Source of the DNA: an uncultured Anaerolineales bacterium
Lineage (GTDB): Bacteria > Chloroflexota > Anaerolineae > Anaerolineales > UBA11858
Direction of reading: 5' to 3'
NCBI GenBank assembly: GCA_964406305.1
Contig: CAYORF010000002.1
Span: 130-64,129, forward strand
DNA length: 64,000 bases
Positions 1 through 8,831 of the stretch are shown piece by piece. How positions within the stretch are numbered: the stretch's first letter is position 1; each line of letters starts with the position of its first letter. The notes beneath the pieces are model-generated. The model did not search any database, was not told where the DNA came from, and saw only the letters and a list, made by a program, of their open reading frames with translations. Both the position numbers and the translations under genes were made by a program.

Positions 1-38
1 TTAAAGATCAGAGACAATTTGATTCGAATCCATGACTG

Positions 39-103
39 TGGACGGTATTGGACTCGAACCAATGACCTTTGTGATGTCAACGCAACGCTCTAACCAGCTG
101 AGA
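39..103 (-). pseudogene. tRNA-Val(GAC)-like 3' fragment. D-arm, anticodon arm, variable loop, T-arm and 3' acceptor strand are present; the 5' acceptor strand is missing.
   Basis: The reverse complement reads tCTC-AGCTGGTTA-GAGC-g-TTGCG-TTGACAT-CACAA-AGGTC-ATTGG-TTCGAGT-CCAAT-ACCGTCC-A. No GGACGGT partner for the 3' acceptor strand lies upstream. The anticodon stem has one C-A mismatch. Confidence 0.55.
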
Positions 104-141
104 TGTCTCAAATACTATAATCAGCATGTTCAATAAATTTT

Positions 142-158
142 AAATAAATATTCCTACT
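142..158. repeat. 17-bp direct repeat AAATAAATATTCCTACT; left copy of the target-site duplication of IS copy 1
   Basis: The identical 17-mer recurs at 1556..1572, immediately outside the other IS end. Confidence 0.8.
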
Positions 159-1555
159 GTTAGGCAAAGATGAAAACTGGACACCTATAAAGTTCAAAAG
201 TGGACACTGAATCCCTGCAAAGGAAGGGAGGCAGAATGTACCATTTTACTGTTCCACCAGATACGGATATCCATGAGCTGCTTTGTTTCATTAGGCACGA
301 GATGGACACCTACATATTTAAGCAAAGGGACATTAGGAACCTCAATGATATGTTTGAATAGAGAAATCCGACGGTAACTATTGACCCGGCGTTTTTCTCT
401 AAGACAGAATACATCTTTCGGCGAAGTATAGGGCGGTGGTAAGGTTAGTTTGCGGAAGAGGCTGTTTCCGGATTTCTTAGCTTTTTCAAAACGAATCTGA
501 GGAATTTCACCAGTGGTTGAATGCACTTGGTGATTGTTGTAACGGTCAAGCTCAGCTTTCAAGACACTGCGGACTTCATTTAGCTTGGATAGTTTTTCAT
601 AAACACAAGTGCGGACGATGCGGTCCTGCAGCCAGCGATAAGGTCTTTCAACTTTTCCTTTTGCCTGTGGGGAAAGAGCATAGCTGACATCCACACCCAG
701 AATGCGCATCATCTTGCGCCACTGAGTATCGACATCATCGGTCTCCAGCACATGTTTACGCCAGACACTGTCTCTGCCTTGAACGAAACGAAACACACGT
801 AGGGAATCAACATAGTACCGCAAGGGAAGACCGTAGCGCTGGCTCAAGGCCTGGATCGCCTGAATATGGGCCCAGGTGGTCTCCCTGGGAACGAAATCAG
901 CATACAGTAGCTTGCGGCTGAAGTCATCAATCGAAGTGATCAGAGTCCACTTCTCCTTCGCGAGAGGGGACCACTTATGTGTGGAAGCATCATGCTGGAT
1001 TAGCGCACCGATGGATGCTGTTAACACTTCCCGATCATGAGTTTTTCTCTTTTTTCGGGGTTTGTGGCAGTCAAGGTTTTTAGCCCGATTTATGATGGTC
1101 GTCACAGACACCTGAATACCTTTCTCTTTCAATCGATCTTTCATCGCTGAGTAGTTAAACCCCGAGATTGGCAGGTCAGGATCTTCAACAACGGCTTTCT
1201 CTTGAAGTAAAGCTTTCTCGATCTCTTTTTCTGCTCCTGGTGAGATCCTGGCGTGCGTTTTTCGTTGATAGGCAATTGTAAAATGATTTGGATTGCTTCG
1301 ATATTCTTTCAACAAGTCGAAGAAGCGTGACTTGCCAATCCCTATCATTTCTTGAAGATCAGCTCTGCCAACCCGTCCTTGACAATAACTCTGGAATAGA
1401 AGTTTGATTTGTTCATCTGTGAAACGTTTGTGGAGCTGTGACATGGGTTCCTCCAGTTTGTATTGGAGGAGAAATCGTATATTATCCCTTAGTTCCTGTC
1501 AAAACCAGGTGTCCACTTTCAAGCGTAAACTGTCCACTTTTGAAGTTTAAATAAC
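159..1555 (-). mobile_element. Complete insertion sequence (about 1.4 kb) with one rve/DDE transposase gene
   Basis: The ends are GTTA...TAAC. The terminal inverted repeats are imperfect and about 25 bp long. Each end also carries a second subterminal AAAGTGGACAC motif. The element is flanked by a 17-bp direct repeat. Confidence 0.85.
194..1444 (-). CDS. DDE transposase, retroviral-integrase (rve) type, with an N-terminal HTH
   Basis: 416-aa ORF. Candidate catalytic residues lie in IQHDAS, YYVDSLRVF and PQAKGKVERPYRWLQDR (the K-x-E-R signature of rve enzymes). Two paralogs lie at 34826..36076 and 36207..37457. Confidence 0.85.
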   Translation of the reverse strand: MSQLHKRFTDEQIKLLFQSYCQGRVGRADLQEMIGIGKSRFFDLLKEYRSNPNHFTIAYQRKTHARISPGAEKEIEKALLQEKAVVEDPDLPISGFNYSAMKDRLKEKGIQVSVTTIINRAKNLDCHKPRKKRKTHDREVLTASIGALIQHDASTHKWSPLAKEKWTLITSIDDFSRKLLYADFVPRETTWAHIQAIQALSQRYGLPLRYYVDSLRVFRFVQGRDSVWRKHVLETDDVDTQWRKMMRILGVDVSYALSPQAKGKVERPYRWLQDRIVRTCVYEKLSKLNEVRSVLKAELDRYNNHQVHSTTGEIPQIRFEKAKKSGNSLFRKLTLPPPYTSPKDVFCLREKRRVNSYRRISLFKHIIEVPNVPLLKYVGVHLVPNETKQLMDIRIWWNSKMVHSASLPLQGFSVHF

Positions 1556-1572
1556 AAATAAATATTCCTACT
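1556..1572. repeat. 17-bp direct repeat AAATAAATATTCCTACT; right copy of the target-site duplication
   Basis: Identical to 142..158. Its last T is the first T of the TTGACA -35 hexamer. Confidence 0.8.
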
Positions 1573-1600
1573 TGACAGATGTTGATTAAGTCCATATAAT
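1572..1600 (+). promoter_or_regulatory. Sigma-70 consensus promoter of the ilv-leu operon
   Basis: TTGACA (1572-1577), a 17-nt spacer, then TATAAT (1595-1600). Confidence 0.6.
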
Positions 1601-1650
1601 CCTGCCTAATATCTAAACATTAATTTTTTAAAAAGTTCCACAAAACAACA

Positions 1651-1773
1651 ATGATCAATACTGTATTGTCCTTCATCCTTATTCTAATTAGCCTTTTGGT
1701 TCTTATCCTGATTTTGGGGATTGCGAACCCCGTATCCGGTTGGGCATTTAGGAAGGTGAAGAACAAGAAGTAA
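1651..1773 (+). CDS. ilv-leu leader peptide (40 codons, Ile/Leu/Val rich)
   Basis: Encodes MINTVLSFILILISLLVLILILGIANPVSGWAFRKVKNKK. There are 7 Ile, 8 Leu and 4 Val; 16 of the 20 codons at residues 5-24 are I/L/V. A terminator follows. The ORF is below the size cutoff of the ORF track. Confidence 0.7.
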   Translation: MINTVLSFILILISLLVLILILGIANPVSGWAFRKVKNKK

Positions 1774-1802
1774 CAGAACACATTCCAAAGTTTTTTTGAA
1801 AA

Positions 1803-1834
1803 GTCGCCCATCCGGGCGGCTTTTTTTGTTTTAG
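1803..1834 (+). terminator. Intrinsic terminator (attenuator) directly upstream of the ilvD RBS
   Basis: Stem GTCGCCC / loop ATCC / stem GGGCGGC, followed by TTTTTTTGTTTT. The upstream segment CCGGTTGGGC (1736-1745) is 9/10 complementary to GCCCATCCGG (1806-1815), giving an alternative antiterminator. Confidence 0.75.
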
Positions 1835-1842
1835 GAGCAAAC

Positions 1843-3510
1843 ATGAGATCGGATGAAATCAAAAAAGGTTACGAACGTGCACCTCACCGCTCTTTATTGA
1901 GGGCGACCGGCAACGTCAGCGAGGAGGATTTTGGTAAACCTTTCATTGCTGTGGTCAATTCCTACGTCGATATCATCCCTGGTCATGCGCACTTGCAGGA
2001 ATTCGGAAAAGTGATCAAGGATGCTGTCCGGGCAGCAGGAGCTGTTCCTTTTGAGTTCAACACCATCGGTGTGGATGATGGAATTGCCATGGGGCACTAT
2101 GGTATGAAATTTAGCCTGCCTTCCCGTGAGCTGATCGCCGACAGTGTCGAAACCATGATCCAGGCCCATCAATTCGACGGCATGATCTGCATTCCTAATT
2201 GCGACAAGATCGTTCCGGGTATGGTTATGGCAGCGCTGAGAGTGGATGTCCCTGCGATCTTCATATCTGGTGGGCCAATGAAAGCAGGTATTATGCCTGA
2301 CGGAGAGATAGTAGATCTGGTATCGGTTTTCGAGGGAGTGGGTGCCTATCAGGCAGGGTACATCTCTGAAGATCAATTACAAACTCTGGAAAGATATGCC
2401 TGTCCCGGGTGTGGTTCCTGTTCAGGTTTATTTACCGCCAATTCCATGAATTGTCTCCTGGAGATTTTGGGCTTAGCCTTGCCATTCAATGGGACTGCCC
2501 TGGCTGGATCAATAGAGCGGGAAAAACTTGCTCTGGATGCCGCTGGGAGGATCATGGATCTGGTAAACCAGGACCTCACTCCCCGCAAGATAGTCACAAA
2601 AGACGCCATTGACGACGCATTTGCGCTTGATATGGCATTTGGCGGCAGCACAAATACCGTTCTGCATACGCTAGCCTTTGCATTCGAAGCTGGTATTGAC
2701 TATGACCTTAAACGCATTAATCAGATTGCCGGGGAAGTACCCCACCTTTGTAAGATCAGTCCATCAGGACCCTGGCATATGGAAGACCTTCACACCGCCG
2801 GAGGAGTCCCCGCCATCGTAAATGAACTTGCCAAAGGAGGGTTTCGTGTCCATCTGGACCGCCCAACGGTGGCCGGGACAACTCTAGGCAGTTCGATCAA
2901 TGACCAGACAATTTTGAATCCAGAAGTAATTCGGCCCCATACAAATCCACACAGCACTAAAGGCGGTCTGGCGATCCTGTTTGGAAATCTTGCGCCGGAT
3001 GGAAGTGTGGTCAAGTCCGGGGGTGTTGCTCCAGAAATGCGTCGCCATAAAGGACCTGCCCGAATTTATGAAAGTCAAGATGAAGCTATGCAAGGCATCC
3101 TTAACCACGAAGTGCAGCCAGGAGATGTGGTGGTCATTCGGTATGAAGGACCAAAAGGAGGTCCGGGAATGCAGGAAATGCTCTCACCTACCTCTGCAAT
3201 TGTCGGAATGGGCTTAGGAGAAAGCGTTGCTCTGATCACAGATGGCCGTTTTTCGGGTGGAACTCGGGGAGCTTGTATTGGTCATATCAGCCCGGAAGCA
3301 GCTGCCCGGGGTCCTATTGCTGCTCTCCAAAATGGAGATGAGATCCTAATCGACCTTGCCAGCAATACCCTGGAAGTGTCCCTGAGTGAGGAAGAGTTGA
3401 AAAACCGTATTAGTGCCTTACCCCAATATGCACCATCAACGGACAGTTCGTGGCTGCGTCGCTATTCACGGATGGTGACCAGTGCTAACCAGGGAGCAGT
3501 CTTAATTTAA
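1843..3510 (+). CDS. ilvD: Dihydroxy-acid dehydratase
   Basis: 555 aa. Contains [19 protein letters not shown] and CDKIVPGM motifs; full-length IlvD/Edd family. The SD AGGAG lies 5 nt upstream. Confidence 0.95.
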   Translation: MRSDEIKKGYERAPHRSLLRATGNVSEEDFGKPFIAVVNSYVDIIPGHAHLQEFGKVIKDAVRAAGAVPFEFNTIGVDDGIAMGHYGMKFSLPSRELIADSVETMIQAHQFDGMICIPNCDKIVPGMVMAALRVDVPAIFISGGPMKAGIMPDGEIVDLVSVFEGVGAYQAGYISEDQLQTLERYACPGCGSCSGLFTANSMNCLLEILGLALPFNGTALAGSIEREKLALDAAGRIMDLVNQDLTPRKIVTKDAIDDAFALDMAFGGSTNTVLHTLAFAFEAGIDYDLKRINQIAGEVPHLCKISPSGPWHMEDLHTAGGVPAIVNELAKGGFRVHLDRPTVAGTTLGSSINDQTILNPEVIRPHTNPHSTKGGLAILFGNLAPDGSVVKSGGVAPEMRRHKGPARIYESQDEAMQGILNHEVQPGDVVVIRYEGPKGGPGMQEMLSPTSAIVGMGLGESVALITDGRFSGGTRGACIGHISPEAAARGPIAALQNGDEILIDLASNTLEVSLSEEELKNRISALPQYAPSTDSSWLRRYSRMVTSANQGAVLI

Positions 3511-3553
3511 TCGTTTTTTAATTGATGTATTTTCCTGTCCAAAGGAGAGATTT

Positions 3554-5275
3554 ATGAAGGAATTATCCGGAGCAGAAATTTTATGGGAAAGCCTTGTCGC
3601 TGAAGGAGTGGAAGTTATATTTGGCTATCCAGGCGGCGCTATCATGCCGGTCTATGATGTGATGTTGAAATATCCGGTCCACCATGTGCTTACCCGCCAC
3701 GAGCAAGGTGCTGCTCATATGGCAGACGCCTATGCCAGAACATCAGATAAAGTTGGAGTAGCTTTGGCTACTTCAGGGCCAGGAGCCACCAACCTTGTCA
3801 CTGGGATTGCCACGGCAATGTTGGATTCTTCTCCGCTGATCTGCATAACCGGTCAGGTTCATAGCAATTTGCTGGGAAAAGATGCCTTTCAGGAAATTGA
3901 TGTAACGGGTATCACCTTACCGATCACAAAACATAATTTCCTGATCACCAGGGCTGATGAGGTTGCTGAGGTTGTGCATAAGGCCTTCCATATCGCCCGG
4001 AGTGGTCGGCCTGGCCCGGTCTTAATCGATTTTTGTAAAGATGCTCAAATTCAAATAGCTCAATATCATGAACCAGATCCATCACTGCCCATTTCTCTGC
4101 CCGGATACAGTTCCCCGGTCCATGCACCTGAGGATGATTTGAAAACCGCTGCTGAAATGATTGAAAAAGCTGAGCAGCCTGTTATCCTGGCCGGACAAGG
4201 GGTATTGATGTCAGACGGCATGGAAATGCTGGAATTCTTTGCCACCAAAACCCAGACACCCGTAGCCATGACATTGCTTGGATTAGGCGCCTTGCCCACC
4301 TCTCACCCCCTGTCTCTGGGGATGATGGGCATGCATGGAGAGGCTTATTGCAATCAGGCAATCCAGAATGCTGATTTGCTATTGGCATTTGGCATGCGAT
4401 TTGATGATAGGGTCACGGGAAATCTGCGCACTTACGCACCCCGGGCTAGAAAAATTCACCTGGATATAGATCCCACAGAAATCAATAAAAATATTGACAT
4501 AGATCTATCGTTGCTGGGAGATCTCAAAACAGTTCTCTCTGACCTGATACCCCTGGTAGATGAATACGATCATGATGCCTGGAAAATTCAGATCAACGGC
4601 TGGAAAAAAGAAACCCGGGAAAGGAGCATTCTTTCCTGGCAGGATGATGGAAAATTGAGGACAGCCCGGGTGATCCATGATCTATGGGAAATTACAGAAG
4701 GTGATGCTATCGTGGCAACTGGAGTAGGCCAGCATCAGATGTGGGCTGCCCAGTATTACACTTTTGAAAAACCATTCCGCCTGATCACATCCGGAGGAGC
4801 AGGGACAATGGGTTTTGGTCTCCCAGCCGCCCTGGGTGCCTGGTTCGCTCACCCTGAGGAGGAAATCTGGTTAATTGATGGGGACGGAGGTTTTCAGATG
4901 ACACAAAGTGAACTTTCCACGGCGGTTCAGGAAAATGCGAATATAAAAATAGCGATCATGAATAACGGTTTCTTGGGCATGGTACGGCAGTGGCAGGAAT
5001 TCTTCTTTGATAAACGCTACGCTTCTACCCCGATCACAGGACCAGACTTTGTGAAACTTGCAGACGCGCATGGAATACCCGCAAGGAGAATCCAGGATCC
5101 CGGAGAAGTATTCTCAGCCATAGAGTTCGCTCAGCAGACACCCGGCCCGGTCCTTTTGGACTTTATTGTAGAAAAAGAAGAATCCGTCTACCCAATGGTA
5201 CCAACGGGTGCCGCCCTAGATGAAATGATCAGACGTCCAATATTCAAAAAAGATTCAGCAGTGAAGTCCAAATAA
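3554..5275 (+). CDS. ilvB: Acetolactate synthase large subunit (ThDP-dependent)
   Basis: 573 aa. Contains GYPGGAIMPVYD and the ThDP motif GDGGFQMT...NNG. Followed by the small subunit gene. Confidence 0.95.
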   Translation: MKELSGAEILWESLVAEGVEVIFGYPGGAIMPVYDVMLKYPVHHVLTRHEQGAAHMADAYARTSDKVGVALATSGPGATNLVTGIATAMLDSSPLICITGQVHSNLLGKDAFQEIDVTGITLPITKHNFLITRADEVAEVVHKAFHIARSGRPGPVLIDFCKDAQIQIAQYHEPDPSLPISLPGYSSPVHAPEDDLKTAAEMIEKAEQPVILAGQGVLMSDGMEMLEFFATKTQTPVAMTLLGLGALPTSHPLSLGMMGMHGEAYCNQAIQNADLLLAFGMRFDDRVTGNLRTYAPRARKIHLDIDPTEINKNIDIDLSLLGDLKTVLSDLIPLVDEYDHDAWKIQINGWKKETRERSILSWQDDGKLRTARVIHDLWEITEGDAIVATGVGQHQMWAAQYYTFEKPFRLITSGGAGTMGFGLPAALGAWFAHPEEEIWLIDGDGGFQMTQSELSTAVQENANIKIAIMNNGFLGMVRQWQEFFFDKRYASTPITGPDFVKLADAHGIPARRIQDPGEVFSAIEFAQQTPGPVLLDFIVEKEESVYPMVPTGAALDEMIRRPIFKKDSAVKSK

Positions 5276-5317
5276 CGGCTTCCCGTTCACTGTGCCCGAA
5301 CCACCACAGGAGTATTT

Positions 5318-5848
5318 ATGCAGCAGATATTATTTGCCCTAGTAGAAAACAAACCGGGAGTCCTCAATAGAGTATCTTCCCTGTTTAGACGAAGAAAATT
5401 CAATATTGAATCGCTTAATGTTGGACGGACAGAAAAAACCGATATATCCCGAATGACAATTGTGCTCGAAAACGAGGCAGTAGATGCCCGAACAGTTGAG
5501 GCAAATCTCTACAAATTGGTCAATGTTATCGATGTCCAGGATCTGACCAATCAACCCGCTGTTGTGCGGGACCTGGCATTGATCAAGGTAAAGGCAACAC
5601 CAGAGACCCGAGGCGAAGTGGCCAGTCTGGCAGAGATCTTTCGCGCAAATATTGTCGATGTTGCGCCCGATTCAGTCGTCGTTGAGATCGCAGGCACTGA
5701 AGATAAGATTGAAAGCCTGGTAGAGCTGTTGCGGCCTATAGGTATAGAGGAATTGGTACGCACTGGTCAGGTCGCTATGATGAGAGGGGCATCAGATGGA
5801 AAAAGATACACGCCTGGCGCAAACGGAAAAACTAAAATCACTGCTTAA
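5318..5848 (+). CDS. ilvN: Acetolactate synthase small (regulatory, ACT) subunit
   Basis: 176 aa. The N-terminus VENKPGVLNRVSSLFRRRKFNIESL is typical of IlvN/IlvH. Confidence 0.93.
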   Translation: MQQILFALVENKPGVLNRVSSLFRRRKFNIESLNVGRTEKTDISRMTIVLENEAVDARTVEANLYKLVNVIDVQDLTNQPAVVRDLALIKVKATPETRGEVASLAEIFRANIVDVAPDSVVVEIAGTEDKIESLVELLRPIGIEELVRTGQVAMMRGASDGKRYTPGANGKTKITA

Positions 5849-5869
5849 TTGGAATTGGAAGGATTAAAT

Positions 5870-6883
5870 ATGGCCACAATATATTATGAAAAAGATGCAA
5901 ACCCCGAACTGATCAAGGACAAAAAAGTTGCTGTGATTGGATATGGTTCCCAGGGTCACGCTCACAGCCTGAACTTACATGACAGTGGAGTCGACGTCCG
6001 GGTCGGACTGCCAGAAGGCAGCCGTTCCAAATCCAAGGCTGAAGCCGCTGGCTTAAAGGTTGTCCCAATCGCAGAAGCTGCAAAATGGGCTGATACGATC
6101 ATGGTTCTTATTCCAGATACTTCCCAACCAAGCGTATATAAATCAGATATTGAGCCTCATTTGAGACCGGGCAAAACTTTGATGTTCGCCCATGGATTTA
6201 ATATTCGTTTCGGAACGATCAAACCTCCTGCTGATGTAGATGTCAGTATGGTAGCTCCAAAAGCGCCAGGACATAGAGTAAGGGAAGTCTTTCAGGAAGG
6301 TGGAGGAACACCCTCTCTGCTTGCAGTCCATCAGGATGCCAGTGGCGAAGCTTATCAAAATGCCATTGCCTATTCCTGGGGTATCGGAGCCACTCGGGCA
6401 GGTGTATTAAAGACAACCTTCGCAGAAGAAACAGAGACGGATTTATTTGGAGAACAGGCAGTTTTGTGTGGAGGAGTATCCGCCCTGGTCAAAAGTGGAT
6501 TTGAGACGTTGGTCGAAGCCGGGTACCAACCAGAAGTAGCCTATTTCGAATGTATGCATGAGTTAAAGCTGATTGTGGACCTGATGTACAGAGGTGGATT
6601 GAATTTTATGCGCTACTCTGTCTCGGATACTGCAGAACATGGTGATTATTATGCGGGTTCAAAAGTGATCACAGATCAGACTCGGGAAAATATGCGTCAG
6701 CTGCTCAAGGATATACAGACCGGAACCTATGCAGAAGAATGGATCGAAGAAAACGAGAACGGCAGGCCCTGGTTCAACGAACAGCGAAAGAAAGATCAGG
6801 ACCATCCCATAGAGGTTGTCGGTAGAAAGCTGCGCAGCATGATGCCTTTCATCGACTCCGTAACAATAAAACCTGGTGATTAA
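5870..6883 (+). CDS. ilvC: Ketol-acid reductoisomerase (class I)
   Basis: Starts [10 protein letters not shown] and contains [14 protein letters not shown] trimmed the start from the TTG at 5849 to the ATG at 5870, which lies behind GGAAGGA. Confidence 0.93.
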   Translation: MATIYYEKDANPELIKDKKVAVIGYGSQGHAHSLNLHDSGVDVRVGLPEGSRSKSKAEAAGLKVVPIAEAAKWADTIMVLIPDTSQPSVYKSDIEPHLRPGKTLMFAHGFNIRFGTIKPPADVDVSMVAPKAPGHRVREVFQEGGGTPSLLAVHQDASGEAYQNAIAYSWGIGATRAGVLKTTFAEETETDLFGEQAVLCGGVSALVKSGFETLVEAGYQPEVAYFECMHELKLIVDLMYRGGLNFMRYSVSDTAEHGDYYAGSKVITDQTRENMRQLLKDIQTGTYAEEWIEENENGRPWFNEQRKKDQDHPIEVVGRKLRSMMPFIDSVTIKPGD

Positions 6884-6923
6884 GGATATACGCGTAAGAT
6901 AAGCAACAGTTACAGGAGAATTA

Positions 6924-8564
6924 ATGACTGATCAATATATCCGGTTCTTTGATACAACCTTACGGGATGGAGAACAATCCCCTGGTGCCTCACTGACTTC
7001 TGCAGAGAAGCTGGAAATTGCCCGTGCATTAGCCCGCCTGGGAGTGGATGTGATCGAAGCTGGTTTTCCAGCAGCTTCCCCCGATGATTTCCAGGGGGTT
7101 CAACGCATAGCTCAGGATGTCGGCATTTCGAAAGGTAATGAATATAAAACACCATCCATTTGCGGACTAGCCCGGGCATTAAAAAGTGATATCGATACAG
7201 CTTGGAAAGCAATTAAACCGGCTGCAAATCCACGGATCCATACCTTTCTCGCTACCTCTCCCGTTCATATGCAGTACAAACTGAGCCTGGAACCAGAGGA
7301 AGTTGTGATTCAGGTTAGCGAAATGGTTGCATATGCCCGATCCCTTTGTGATGATGTGGAATTTTCTCCTGAAGACGCCACCCGGTCTGATCCTGATTTT
7401 CTTTATCAAGTTTTGGAGGCAGCAATTCAAGCCGGTGCGACGACACTGAATATTCCTGATACTGTCGGTTATGCCATACCTGAGGAATTCAATAATCTTA
7501 TTGCCGGTATTATCGTCAATACCCCAGGTATTGATGAAGTAATTCTCTCTGTTCACTGCCATAATGATCTCGGATTAGCAACAGCAAATACCCTTGCTGG
7601 CATCCAAGCCGGTGCCAGACAGGTTGAAGTTACTATGAACGGTATTGGAGAGAGAGCAGGCAACACATCTCTGGAAGAAATTGCCATGGCATTACATACT
7701 CGTCGGGCAATGTATAACTTTGAAAACAGGATCGACCCTTCTCAGATCACACGGGTGAGCCGGATGGTCTCGAATTATACCGGAATCCCGATCCAACCTA
7801 ATAAAGCCATCGTTGGTGAAAATGCGTTTGCTCATGAAGCAGGAATCCATCAGGATGGCATGCTCAAGAATAAGAAAACTTACGAAATTATGTTGCCTGA
7901 AACCGTTGGCCTCCAGCGCTCTCGTCTGGTTTTGGGGAAACATTCTGGCCGGCATGCCCTGCAGATCCGCCTGGAAGAATTGGGATACAGCCTTGAGCAG
8001 GAAGAGTTATCCGACATCTTTAAAAGCTTCAAAGTACTGGCTGACAAGAAAAAAACCATCACTGATGCAGATCTTGAAGCGCTGGTTGAGGATCAGGTTT
8101 ACCGTGCTGAAGAGATCTTCAGCCTGGACGGTTTGCAGGTATCCTGTGGGACGATGGGACTTCCCACTGCAACTGTTCGTCTGTCTGACAGGGATGGCGA
8201 GATCCATATTCAAGCCTGTGTAGGAACTGGACCAGTCGATGCAGCCTTCAAAGCAGTAGATTTGATCGTTCAGGTCTCGAATACCTTGCTTGAATTCAGC
8301 ATCAATGCAGTCACTGAAGGCATAGACGCTATCGGTGAAGTAACCGTACGACTGGAACCCAAAAATGGTTCGATTCCAGAACGCACATCACCTCAAAGCG
8401 GCCTTACTCATAAAAGATCTTTCGGAGGATATGGAGCGGACACAGACATTATTGTCGCCTGCGTCAAAGCTTATCTTTCTGGCTTGAACAAATTGCTTAA
8501 TGCTCGTGAATATACTCAGGCATCGGAACTGGGAGTCAAAAGACCAGAAAAAATCAAACTATAA
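6924..8564 (+). CDS. leuA: 2-isopropylmalate synthase (long form with C-terminal regulatory domain)
   Basis: 546 aa. Contains [13 protein letters not shown] and [16 protein letters not shown]. Confidence 0.93.
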   Translation: MTDQYIRFFDTTLRDGEQSPGASLTSAEKLEIARALARLGVDVIEAGFPAASPDDFQGVQRIAQDVGISKGNEYKTPSICGLARALKSDIDTAWKAIKPAANPRIHTFLATSPVHMQYKLSLEPEEVVIQVSEMVAYARSLCDDVEFSPEDATRSDPDFLYQVLEAAIQAGATTLNIPDTVGYAIPEEFNNLIAGIIVNTPGIDEVILSVHCHNDLGLATANTLAGIQAGARQVEVTMNGIGERAGNTSLEEIAMALHTRRAMYNFENRIDPSQITRVSRMVSNYTGIPIQPNKAIVGENAFAHEAGIHQDGMLKNKKTYEIMLPETVGLQRSRLVLGKHSGRHALQIRLEELGYSLEQEELSDIFKSFKVLADKKKTITDADLEALVEDQVYRAEEIFSLDGLQVSCGTMGLPTATVRLSDRDGEIHIQACVGTGPVDAAFKAVDLIVQVSNTLLEFSINAVTEGIDAIGEVTVRLEPKNGSIPERTSPQSGLTHKRSFGGYGADTDIIVACVKAYLSGLNKLLNAREYTQASELGVKRPEKIKL

Positions 8565-8621
8565 ACTCAGGCAGCAGCTATTATCAATAACCGGAATTAT
8601 TTTCCCTTAAGGAGGAAAGAA

Positions 8622-8831
8622 ATGACGAACCAAACATCAGATCGATCATCAAAATCATTCCCAGATCCTCAGGCATCTAAGCAAAAACGGAGTCCAATGG
8701 TTCAAAAACAGGATCGCGAGGTTAAGAAACAGGGAAAATACCATGTTCCAGAACGGATGGAAACCTTTCCCAAGACCAGAACCTTTCCGAAAAAATGGGA
8801 TTTCTCAAGTTTTTCAAAAGATTCAAAATGA
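8622..8831 (+). CDS. Hypothetical small basic protein (69 aa), translationally coupled to leuC
   Basis: The strongest SD in the region (AAGGAGG) lies 6 nt upstream of the ATG. The stop overlaps the leuC start (ATGA at 8828-8831). The protein is low complexity and rich in K/S/P/Q, with no family recognised. Confidence 0.45.
   Translation: MTNQTSDRSSKSFPDPQASKQKRSPMVQKQDREVKKQGKYHVPERMETFPKTRTFPKKWDFSSFSKDSK

Noticed and set aside
21-30. GATTCGAATC resembling a tRNA T-loop, as a possible second tRNA
   Set aside because: It is a simple 10-bp palindrome. The flanks do not form a T-stem or an acceptor stem on either strand.
1620-1862. 80-aa minus-strand ORF from the track, overlapping the ilv leader
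   Set aside because: The plus-strand promoter, leader ORF and terminator fully explain the region. The ORF has no RBS and is AT-rich and low complexity.
1894-2376. Antisense or out-of-frame ORFs inside ilvD. The same class recurs throughout, for example 22033-22740 in aroC, 28548-29123 in lysC, 35153-35776 in the IS2 transposase and 53463-53987 in lysJ.
   Set aside because: These are shadow ORFs lying wholly within well-supported conserved genes on the other strand or frame. They have no independent motifs or RBS.
8795-8827. Upstream ATG start for leuC (MGFLKFFKRFK extension)
   Set aside because: The LeuC N-terminus conventionally begins near the ..KTL(F/Y)(D/E)K.. motif, which matches the ATG at 8828. 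The extension lies inside orf69 and has no SD.
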